Shown here: positions 11,631-23,199 of the stretch, one piece after another
Position numbering within the stretch: the first letter of the stretch is position 1
How the letters are laid out: each line of letters begins with the position of its first letter
NCBI GenBank assembly: GCA_030141605.1
Contig: JAQGDQ010000449.1
Location: 1-64,000 of the forward strand
Reading direction: 5' to 3'
From: Tubiluchus corallicola
Lineage: Eukaryota; Animalia; Priapulida
Length of the DNA: 64,000 nt
Position numbers and translations under genes: made by a program
The notes under the pieces: generated by a model
Told to the model about the DNA's origin: nothing
What the model saw: the letters and a program-made list of their open reading frames with translations, nothing else
The model's database searches: none

Positions 11631-11819
11631 ATATTTGCTACTTAAGTGGGTTTTGAAGTTACAAAAATGCACATGACTTTAGAGAGTCCACATGAAAATG
11701 GGAGCGGCTAACAAATGCGTCTTTAATATGTAACGCTAGCTCAGTAGAAAATAAAGAAATTTCTTTAAATGATTGTACTGATCCAGAAGATGCAAGAAAA
11801 AATATAATTACAGTAATTA

Positions 11820-12870
11820 ACTAGAAAATATGTTCTGCAAGTATAATGTAATGCCATGTCATGTATTGTAGTCTGAAATTGGAAGTTTTGACCTTGTCGT
11901 TGGGTCAGGGTCAATCAATCTTGAATCAACCTATACCATTCAATTTGTCTCGCCGAGATCTTTCTTTCCTGAAAACGTTTCCAAATCCAGATGTCCCGTG
12001 TTTAGCTATGTGCAAGAACTCAGCATATGCCAAAAGTTGTGGCTTTATCTAATTCAAAAACTGTAGAAAAAGATAGAGCCTAACGAAATATAAATATCTG
12101 TCTATTGTCCTCGATCCTTTGACCAAAGGGTTCAGTATTCCATTACCTATACGCACCAGCCATGCAAGTTTCGAGAGTCCAGCTTCTTTACTTTTCCATT
12201 TATTGACAAAACCGAATTTAACACTTGCCTGTGTTACGTGATCTGGCCACATCAATTTTCTGAAACACACCTGTGCACGTCCACTCTTAACTAGCTACCC
12301 AAATGTGCAAAAGCATTCTCCTAGTCCAAAACTACAAGAGGAGTACAAGTGCCAAAGCCATTTGCCCTAATTTTAACATTTTGGCTCCTGCCACGGCAAC
12401 CTTTGACTTAGCTCCTGTACTTCTGGAGTTATTGACATAAATCAATTTTAACACTTTTGCCTATGTCGTGTGACCTGACCTCACCAACTTTTTGAAAATA
12501 CTTGTTGCGCATCTACACCTGCCTGGCTGGCCATACATGCGTAAACATTGACTCCTAGTGTCCAATACTGTAAGAAAGAGGAGTTGAGTGACAAAACTGT
12601 GTGCTTCAATTTTGGCCCCTAACTCGGAACTTTCCCACACCCCAATCTTTAAAAAAACGTAATGCACATCTAAAGACCTGTGAAAAATTTAAATGTACAT
12701 GTAACTCAAAGCCCTATGATGATCGAAAAAACAGCCGATGCCCAATGTCCTTGACCATTTCACTTGAGGTCAACGTTCTCCATACCAGTCGCTAACCCAG
12801 GTGTCTACCATGCAAGTTTGGTGACTCTAGATGGTGTGGTTTTGGAGTTGTTCAATGGCGTAGCGGAGAA
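11820..12870. mobile_element. Probable non-autonomous DNA transposon with internal sub-repeats (TGACCT/ATGCAAGTTT-rich type)
   Basis: Two diverged ~235-bp internal units (cctgtgttacgtgatctggcc...ctcctagt..gaggag ~12228; cctatgtcgtgtgacctgacc...ctcctagt..gaggag ~12460) and repeated catgcaagttt and tgacc motifs. This resembles abundant interspersed repeats of molluscan/annelid genomes. Ends and superfamily not resolved. Confidence 0.45.
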
Positions 12871-15800
12871 TAAAAATATTGCAGAAACTTAAATAAATAC
12901 ACACATAAAATAGAGTCAAGCAGGGAATTATGTTAGATTTACTCAAACAATGCAAATACAGCAGTTTTTATGACAGTCTTCATAATTTTATTTAGTTGCT
13001 AGAAAATTCGGTTCTTTCAAGAAAGCTTTCTGCAAGAATTAAAATTTTTCTTCGATCGCCTCCCAGATTTTCTAAAATGTTTTGAAAGATTAGCGTAGAG
13101 TATTTAGTACCATAACTTCCTTTCACGGTGTTTTAATTGATTTAGTTTGTGGGCTTCGCAAAGGCTACTTGTTTTTAACTGAAGCCACTTTCTCTTTCTT
13201 AACAAGGGTAATTACGCTGCCGCAGAAGCCAAATTCAATTAAAATGACAACTGTTGTTGCGGTTATGCGAGAGAAAATCCACTTAACGGTTACTAAATAA
13301 TGCAGTGTAAATTGGAAAACCGCATAACTGCCGCGCTCAATGCGTTATTTCTGGTTTGCTGACTTCTTTTCGTCAGTTTAATGGCTTCCCTTCATCAATG
13401 AACGTTTCTCCAATTTACCTCGTGAATCCTCCCAACCGATTTCGCACGGAAACGACTCATCTGGATATCCATCCGAGGTAAAACGAGCTCTGGGTGTTAC
13501 CAGTCACGTTGCAATGTAACCTTTAGTGACAGGATATTAAATTTTATCGCATTACACAATTTATACGCTTTGGGTTAGTTCAATCTTGGTCGATAGTGTT
13601 GGAATGACGATTTTCAGAGGACTTCGAAACTTTGACGTTTTTGCGAAATTTTACGTTAAATTGATGTATCTACCGTTGTTGAGTAACATTATAATTAGTT
13701 AAATAACACAAATAGTGTTCCTGCAGCTTCCAAGTTTCATGCATCTCTGACCCACCATTGCTGAATTAGCGACACCTACCGCAGGCTCTCAGTCACGATA
13801 TTATGTTTTGTTTGATACAAATTGTCCCAAACACACGTGCTAGTGTCACATTCAAATTAAGAATTTACAGACTTAGAAGAAGATGTTTTCGGTTGAATTT
13901 TTATTTTCGGTTGAATTTTTTTAAAAAGTATAAGCTCGTTTGGTAAGGATGGATCGGATATTGTGCAATTCTTCGGAAGATGTCATTAATTTTTTTCTGA
14001 GAGCCCCAGCTATGCCGTATGTGTGAAGAGTCTGAATGTCTTTGCCCAACCACAATATTTGCTGCGGTGTTTTCGAAAACTTATGAGATTTATAACAGAA
14101 ACTAAAATGACGATATAATCTCATTTCACGACGAACCTTTATCAGAGGCAGTACGTGCACAGACTTTCGAAAGGGCAGGGACTCAACTAAAAAAGGGCAC
14201 TCCCTTAAAACTGTCGTGGTTATATAAGCTATATAGCTGCTTTCAATACCGAAAATTCATTTATTCATGATACTGTCGAAACAGATTTTTACAAATTAAA
14301 AGGTGAACTTGTTTAGTTAAAATTTTATGAACCAAATTATTATTATAAAACTTATTGTCTATCTGCAGAAAATATCTACATTCAAAAAAGTTCATTTCAC
14401 AACGACAATTCTAATAAAGTTCGCAGCACAAGTATAAAACGGTCACGTATATTTTAATAAAGTAATAAAAAGACTGGTGATGTAACTTTGAAGCTATATT
14501 GACTGACCGTATGTTTTATAATTTCAATGTATACTATAGCAATAAGTTAAAGCAAAACCAGATTCAATGTCAAACTGTAGGTCAAAACATCCTATCCTTT
14601 AAAATATTGAAAGGAAACACACTGTTTTTAAAGAAAGACTTACGTAAAAGAATAATTATTACCACAAAAGTGCAATTTCGCGTTCGCGCCACTAGTTCTT
14701 CGCTGTTACATGCATTTCGCCATTGGGTAGTTAGAAGGGCACTAGGACCTGCATTTCGGAAAGCGTGTACAAAAAAAAACAGGTGCTGCACCTATCAGTG
14801 CTAGTTTTTGACGAACTGCACACGATTGACGGCTCATGCGTGAGTACAGCGGTAAATTTGAAATTTGAATTTTTATCTTAAAACTTTAGTTTTAGTGTAA
14901 CACTGAATGTCTTACAGTAGCCCTGTACTTCAATTTTCGCTTTCGCAAACACGTGCAACACACTTGCGGAATATTTTTGCTCTTGAAAACTGTTAGTTTG
15001 TAATGTCATCAATAGTTGGGGGGTGGGGGCTCGCCCGTCGTTAATTAAGATTTTAATCCATTATTTCATTATCAGAAGCCTTTTACAGTATTATTGGTGT
15101 TAAAATCTATACTTTTTACAGTACTTGAAAATGGAGTGATATATGAAAAATCATCCTGTCTTCCTTTAATGATAGCTGTCGAGGTCAAACGAAACTAAAA
15201 TTTATAGTGAAAAGGCAAAATAGTAACACCGAGTAAAATCATTCATTTAAAACAGTACTTAAGTTGTGCTTGCAAGTTAAATAACAGCTGCCAAGTAGTA
15301 GGGAGGAGCTTATATGTAATGTGTCATAATTATCTAAGTGAAAACTGGTTTTTAACTTTTTGCTATGATGATGTCTGGTGTGTCCTTCTGCTGAAAAATT
15401 GAAAATTAATTGAAGGTATGACATTTTCCAAATCATTGTTGAAAATATGAATGCTACAAATCACAGTTTGCAACGCACTTCGGACTTTATTTTATTCAGT
15501 AAAATTACCTGCCGCATACACATTGTACATTGACTGTAACAATAAAATAAAATCGTTTTAATAAATTGAATATTAATTAGCCTCGTCGAAATGCTGAACA
15601 AAATTAAATTCATAAGTTAATGCAACCTATTAGCTAAGGAATCATGTTAAGCACTTTTTCTGATCATGTGACCTTGGTTAGCCAATCCAAATCACTTCGC
15701 TGAAGACATGAAATTTTGCAAGCCCCCCTTTTTTCTATGCATTGCATTTTCTAGACTTATTTTCTTCATGAAATAGGACATATTGCTACTCCCCAGTATT

Positions 15801-16029
15801 ATATTCAAAGCTAGCATAGCAAAATTAGCGTGGATTGTACAAACTTAACACGTTTCAACTTTTATTTGTATAAATCTTGCGTAGGTCGGTTAACTACTAC
15901 CGCACGTATAAAATTTGATTCTTTTTGGCTATTGGCCATTTAGAACGGCCAAATAGAAGATGAAGAAATGTCGAAAAGACAAGTGGCGTCTTGTATTAAA
16001 TTAATGTGAATCAAAAAAGGAAGGCTAAA

Positions 16030-16035
<6 letters not shown>

Positions 16036-16115
<80 letters not shown>
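16036..16115. repeat. (GA)~40 microsatellite
   Basis: Perfect dinucleotide run. Confidence 0.98.
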
Positions 16116-16116
<1 letters not shown>

Positions 16117-16304
16117 ATTTATTACTGACTTGATAGAATAAAAACAAAAACAAACACATCACGACATAACAGAGCAGCTGATTAGTTGAGTAAACTGAGC
16201 CGTCATTGACGTATTTGGCTGATGGTAATGCATTGAAGAGAGTTGTGAAGCCAATGAGTTGCTATAATACGAAAATTGTAACAAGTAACATTAATTTTGC
16301 TAGT

Positions 16305-16508
16305 TGTTACAATATAGGTTAGGATTTTTGTTATTACATTATGCGTTTTGGGTTCTTACACTATGAGTCAGTTTCTTATTACATTATTAGTTAATTTTGT
16401 TTTACGTTATCGATTATTTATTACCTTATGCGTTGATTTTTTTATTGTAACATGCATTAATGTTTTGGTATTACATATCAGAAATTCATTACATTATCAG
16501 TTGTAACA
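16305..16508. mobile_element. Small MITE-like element with TGTTACAA/TTGTAACA ends
   Basis: 8-bp inverted termini; internal repeated TTATTACATTAT-like motif (about 6 copies). Confidence 0.5.
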
Positions 16509-18894
16509 AGCATTAATCGAAAATATAACTGAAAAGCGAGAATGTTAACAGAACAATTAAATAGCAGTGAATAGACGAATTTTTTTAATAATCTTATAAT
16601 TTATTTATAATAAATATTTACTTATTCAAGCAAGATTAATTTTTTTATATTGTCCTCCATAGTTTATTTCTATTTGACTGCAGTTACTGTGGACCAATAA
16701 ACAACACCAATAAGAGAAATTTACTTCACTAGAATCTTTCTAGAAATCGAAATTATAGAGTTTTTCATTTTTGCTGATCTCTGTATTATGACCAGATTGG
16801 TAAAATTTCTCTATGTTTATTTAGTCCATTTCTAACTAGTTTACCGTCACAAACTGTGTAACCCTTGTAATTACTATTACGATATTCAATTTTATTCGAA
16901 CTAATCTTACTTATAAGCCGCATTAATCAAGTCACACATTCTGAATTAGTTTACTAATGTCATTTACTAGATCTGACGCGCAATTATGAATCATTTAATT
17001 ATTATTGCAAAATAACCGCAAAATTCATGTTACTGGGACAATGTAGAAAACGAACAAAGCATTATTTAGCTTTCCATAAACTGAGTGCCGAAACTTGTTT
17101 GAAAGGAAAGGCTTTTACATTTTCCACATAACAAAAATGCTATTGCCTGAGGTGACACAAATCTGTGCATTTTCGTAACGGCAACCGTTAATTTTTTTTA
17201 TAACTGATGCAGAAAAAGTAACAGCTCACTGCTGATATTTCACAGCAAACTGGCCCCCAAATTCTGATGTGTGGTATAATTACTACTAGTCAGAGTGATC
17301 GCTGTATGAAATTTATTTGTAAATCGACATTTAAAATTTTCAGCGATATTGTAGCTACACCAGAATGCAGACTGTAATGCAATTAAGTTCACACACAGTA
17401 TTCCTGTCAACTTCCTTCCTGTGGTGAACAAGATGAACGGTTTGATGACAAGCTAACAGAATATTGATTGAAAAGCGGACGGAATACACCCTTTGCACAC
17501 TACAATGATCACGGCACAAAAACAAGGCGCTCCTTACAAGTTCCAGCACGAAAGCGAGGCTGGTTCACAAAGCAATATAACAGCCATTTTTGTAAAGTTA
17601 CATTTTTGTTGCGTCATAGAGAGTGTATTTTACGAAATGTATTCTTATAACGAACTATGGAAAAAAGTTACATTTTAATAGAAACCTATGTAATGAACAT
17701 AATAACGAATAAAATTAACCAGGTCGATCTACAACCTCGCGATTTACATCAAAATTTGTTTCCAAAATATGATCAGTAATGATGTTGGATCGACTAATTG
17801 GGCAAGTGATCATTATGGGTGCAGTGTAAACTATCCGATACGTAGGCACTTCTGTTTTGATGCATTACCTTTAACTTAAAGTGACAAACCTCGCCCAGAT
17901 TAAATATGCAAATATGTGATGATCATTTTCTCCTTTTGTTGTTCTTGATGTTGTTGTTGATGATATTGTTTAGTCATTCCTAGTCTTCTACAAAGGCAAA
18001 GTTTTTATGTAAAAGTGTAAGAGAGCCCTGACGAAACACAATGTAAACGTTAAGATAATGGTGAGTGCGAATGTAGCTGCAGTTATAATAATTTCAAGCG
18101 CACTTTACTATAATTTCTATGCATTTATTCTTTGTAATTAGGATTGTACATTAAGATTTACAAACATTCACCTTTTTAAACTGCTTTTGTACCTTTGCGA
18201 CAGGACTGCTTAACTACTGGTCTGCAATATGTCAAATCAGCAATTTATTATTCTTAAACGCATTAAAACATGATGAAGTGTACGTGATAAAGCATCATTA
18301 AAAAGTTAATTACAGTGCTCACTTTGCTTCCAACGGCTATATTAAAATACGACTTATAAGTAAGCTAATAATCGTTAATGATAGCTATAAGGATAAATTT
18401 AACAGCATAAACTACCATGTTTCTCGACAGTAACGCGTTTATCATAGACTTTCTAACTCTGCAGAAGTGTCCAAAACAAGTGACAGAGCTAGAAAGCTTC
18501 TCGCATCAACGGTAACAAAAATGTCTTCAAGTTTAAAAAGAATTTAATTTTGCTGCTTGAAAACATAAAAACCGAAAAATTGTTTTAAATATTTTTCCGC
18601 GGGAATGAAACACGTGGGAGTTCTGACTGGATGTAAAATGATTAACCGTTTATACGAACGGGCAATTTCAGACACTCACGCCTCCACTGAGCCCATTTCA
18701 TTGACAGTATCCATCTATATAACTTTTATAACGACCTTCTAATTACAGAGTAACTAAGAAATGGATTTAATAACATTTCTGCGTGCAACTGTGTTGAATA
18801 ATTTTTCCAAAGGAAAAATCTGAGGCATGGTGTCATAAACCCAGTAAGGGTTTAATAAACTCAGACCACAGTTTATGACTTTCTTCTTGGTTAA

Positions 18895-19340
18895 CTAGAA
18901 GGTTTCAGTTGCAGTTCGCTCTGCACTGTTCACGGATTGTTCTTCGTTGGTTTTGTCGAGTTCTGCTGTCATGAGCCTGCTTTTCTCGGCCATTGATACT
19001 TCGCTATTTCGGCTTTCATAAGCTAATTCACTGCACATATCCTCACATGGACGACTGGCGCTGAATTTATAGTGGAACGGATTTGAACTGCGCGAATTCC
19101 GGATGTTCTCGCTGTCTTTTCGCAACTGCCCGGATGTCGACGTCCTAGTTGACGAAAGGCGAGAATCGGTCACATGTGACAGTACTGTCCGAGTACGAGA
19201 TACGCTACTGAATGTGTTTCGCCGTTGATGCCACGCTTTGCGCAGCACTGTAATGGGATTCCCACTGAACGCCATGTAAATCCAGGGATTTGTACAACTA
19301 TTGAGACTCGCCAAAAGCATCATTATCGCCACAGCTTCCG
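18895..19340 (-). CDS. Oxytocin/vasopressin-family receptor, coding exon 2 (TM7 + C-terminal tail)
   Basis: Acceptor ttttttatttttAG at 19342-19341, then CG|GAA GCT GTG. Encodes EAVAIMMLLASLNSCTNPWIYMAFSG, the OT/VP-receptor TM7 signature LASLNSCxNPWIY. Phase 1 matches exon 1 (T+CG = Ser). Confidence 0.93.
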
Positions 19341-19448
19341 CTAAAAATAAAAAAATCGTCATTATGAAGTTGTCGTATTAGTATTACAACTGCACGTTTG
19401 TATTGAAACCCACATAAGTGTGGCTTCGTGTTCAGCTCTAATTCTAGT

Positions 19449-19864
19449 TAGGTGGGTATAGGTAGGTAGGTAAATAGGTAGGTAGGCAGGTAGGTAGCAA
19501 GGTAGCAAGGAAGGTAGGTAGGTAGATAGGTAGGAAGGTAGGTAGGTAGGTAGGTAAGTAGGTAGGTAAGTAGGTAGGTATGTATAGGTAGGTAGGTAGG
19601 TAGGTAGGTAGGTAGGTAGGTAGGTAGGTAGGTAGGTAGGTAGGTAGGTAGGTAGATAGGTAGGTAGGTAGGTAGGTAGGTGGGTGTAGGTAGGTAGGTA
19701 GGTAGGTAGGTAGGTAGGTAGGAAGGAAGGAAGGGTAGGTAGGTATGTAGGTAGGTAGGTAAGTAGGTATAGGTAAGGTAATAGATAGATAGGTAGGTAG
19801 ATAGGCAGACAGGCAGGCATACAAGTAAGCAGGAAGGCAGGAAGTAGATAGGGAGGTAAGTAGG
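19449..19864. repeat. (TAGG)n tetranucleotide array, ~415 bp, degenerate at the edges
   Basis: Directly visible; produces the PTYL-repeat ORFs 19362..19910 and 19444..19917. Confidence 0.97.
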
Positions 19865-20374
19865 TGTGTATACTGAGAGACATCGGTATAGAGAGTCTGT
19901 CTAGTGTCATTCAGCAAAATTAAAACAAATGCAATAAGCCGGGGTATTTCTCAAATCAGTACTTTGTCTTTTACAATCTTTTTCCATTGCTTAATGCAAT
20001 ACAGACTCAACGCTGTCATGATAAATGGGACAACTTGCTAGCAATCTTCGCGCTGATCTTTAATTTCAAGATGTTACTGACTGTTAAATTCGTGTTTCTG
20101 TATCAAAATGGATTGGTCCAAGTTGTAGGATTTTCACGACCAGCGCGAATTTAATTTTCCTTGAGAAATGTACGGCTGTTTGTTTTATTTGCACGTATTG
20201 ATTGATTGATTTTACTGATTTAAAATGGGTAACGGTTGGTGGCGAACAAGTAGTTTACAGCTGAATAAATCTTAAGTAATGCTCACCCTACTTTCCACCT
20301 GTCCTGTTACACGCCTAAAAACATATTACGTCACTTTACTGCTTTTAACTCATATATCTTAATTGCTGCCAATC

Positions 20375-20620
20375 TATACACTCCACCTATTCCTGACTAT
20401 TCACATCCCAATTATGAAACACTGCCCATTTTATAATCTCTACTTGTTTCTAACTACACACATCCCATCTACTGTTCGTCTTTCACACTGCTATCTGCTC
20501 CAAACTACATACATCCCAGCTGCTGTCCACTTTATACACTGACTACACTACACACACACCTCCTCTACTGTTATCTTACATCCGCCCGTAACTACGCTAC
20601 TTCTTTCTGTCTTTGCACGC
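20375..20620. repeat. Degenerate minisatellite (~45-55 bp unit)
   Basis: Recurring ctaca(c/t)acatccca.ct.ctgt...t.cacactg units. Confidence 0.55.
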
Positions 20621-21189
20621 AGTTTTCACTTAGCGACGGTAATGAGTTTGATGATTTCCTGATTTCAAAGCAATTTCGTGTCTTTGAACATCTGCTGATC
20701 TTTTTAGTAATGACATCATATCATGGAATACAAGAAGAAAACACGTCAGAATATCCATTAACGGAAATTCGAGGCCGTCCGAGTTTAGCGACAAGTAATC
20801 TTATTATCTTGCTAAAACTTAAAATATACTGAAGTTACTTAGACGATTTTTTGCATATATTGAAAGTCGTTCTAGGACATTGTTTTTAAAAATGTGAAAC
20901 CTTTTCACACTTTCTTAAAGGCTAACACACACTTACGTGATGCTTTGAGTTATCAATGACACCCTTTAGAAGTCACACGCTTGGCTATGTATCTGAACCG
21001 GAAACATGGTTTAAATAAAGCAAAAGTAAAGTCTCTTGGGAAGTTGAGCTGTTAAAAAGGCTCGCCAACAAAATTGGTGATAAGCGCCTCATGTAATCAG
21101 TAAAATCAATTTAAAATCGCGTCCACTTCAAGTTTTGGAACGCTCATTTTGAACGAAAAATGGCGTCATCCTGTTACCACGCAATATAT

Positions 21190-21640
21190 TTAGATATTTT
21201 AGATATTTATTTATTAGTGTCGAAAATACATACAAGACATACATACAATTTTGAAATATACAAAAACACAACGCATATATACAATTTCAATTATGAAATA
21301 TAATGACACTATTATTATGCAAACAAAACAATTACTAATACAACATATATTGTTAAATCTTCCTGTTAGTTATATTAGTTATTTAATGAAAACTGTAATG
21401 ATTAGTATTTAAAATAAATTGTCATTCGTTATCATCTAAATCACTTCACTCATTATCACTTCACACGTTCATTATGACTTCTAAATCATTACTTCCCATC
21501 AAGAATAAAAATTTATCAGCATCGCTCATAAGGAAAAATTCTGGAATAATTACATTGATGTGCTTATATAATTTTTCTCTAAGATCATTGTAGTATGGGC
21601 ATTTTATAACAAAGTGTAATTCGTCTTCAATTTCATTTCA
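21190..21640 (-). mobile_element. 3' end of a CR1/L2-group LINE
   Basis: Minus strand ~21637-21475 reads NEIEDELHFVIKCPYYNDLREKLY...SDADKFLFLMGSND (EDExHF..xCPxY zinc-knuckle tail of ORF2), followed by a 3' UTR ending in AATAAA(TATCTAAA)n at ~21213-21188. Confidence 0.8.
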
Positions 21641-23199
21641 AGTATGAGAGCTGATTCGCAAATTTTGTTGTAGCATATTTGGAATAACCACAAAGTAAAT
21701 AGTTTTCCAGTTGATATTGTTTTTTGAACGTCCGATACGTTCGCAGTTTGTTTTGTCCATCAAGTTTGTTATCATTATGGATTTCTTCTTTCCAAAACAG
21801 AGTATAATCAGCTTTTATTTTTCTTCTAATTTATTAAGTAGTCGCTTAGGTGAAAACGTTGTCTAGTTATTCCAAACATGTTCAAAGCCAAATACACATA
21901 ATATATACTTAACAAAAGTAGGCCAACAAAAACAGTTCTCGGCTAAGTTTCGGTTTTCGCTATAAGCTTGGTATATATAACTATCATAAGGTTGGCTAAT
22001 AACATGTATCCTGTAGGGGATTGTGTCCCTAATTATTTTAATAAAATGGGGAAATATAAACACTTATCCCTAAAGGTGTTTGAGCGAACTTCTTTTGCAG
22101 CTACCGTTACTACTATCAACTACAAACAAGAACTTTAAACGAGAGATTACTAATACTATTTTTTGCATAATGACTCCAACTCAGCTAGTTGACGCCGACT
22201 AAGTAAGAGAATAATCATTTTAAATTTTTAATAAGCTAAAACTGAACTCTATAAGCTATGTCGATTGGCCTGCACATTCACTATGCTCGCAGCCTCGCAG
22301 AATTCCATGCTTATCTGTTTCGATATCGTGTAGTACTTGCTATTTTTGAGGGAAAATCCTGTGAATTAAAGCAACGTAAACACTTTAAAATTATGCCAAA
22401 GTGTTCCTACAACTAATTTTTACATAAACGCAGCTAAACACAAAGTTTTTGTCAGTTAGACTAGCCGAATTTCCGAGTAACTGCAGAGAAACTTTGTTAT
22501 GGCTTCGTGATTTCCACCACTTTAGGTCATTTTTTCAAATATGCTCGCAGCGAAGTTCGTTTGGCGGGAGATACGAATACTTTAAACTTCATTTGCATTT
22601 TTAAGCAAATGAAAGGTTTTATGCGCGTATATTATGTGTATGATAACTTCAATATTTTCAAGTGTATATTAAAATACAATAAATATTGTTCGAGGATTGT
22701 TTTTATAACATACAGAAAAATGTAATTTGTTCCTAGAGGTGTCATAATTAAAGGTAACACTAAAAGCAAAAAAGTATCTTAGTTAACCGACACGCCAGGT
22801 ATCATATAATGCTCGAGACACAGCCACTTTTAATATCCGGAAAACGGAAACAAATAGGATTTTTGATTATGCAGAGTCCTACAAATTGTGTGCAAGTTTT
22901 TCCTAGAATTGTGATACATAGTCTCGGCAATACGGGATAAGCCTTATTTGCGAGTCTACGGGATGTTGTTTTTGCTGATTCTAATTTCTGATGATCTATA
23001 CAGATTAAGGTCACCTTCCGGAATTTGCGATATTTAAGACATAAAAAACACTTTAGAATAAATAAATGTATTATCAGCTGATATAAACACACAAATTATA
23101 CAACAGAAGTGGTTTTAAGGTCCTAAAACATACCGTCATAGTAACTATATAACATTATCAACCATACTGTTTGAGCACACTCTCCATTAATAACCGGGC

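Noticed and set aside
18020-18055. CCCTGACGA..AAACG hammerhead-like core (also CTGAAGA-CAT-GAAA at ~15700)
   Set aside because: The GAAA box or stem II is missing and I could not form flanking stems.
19362-19917. 182-aa and 157-aa PTYL-repeat ORFs
   Set aside because: Translations of the (TAGG)n array; intronic, no coding evidence.
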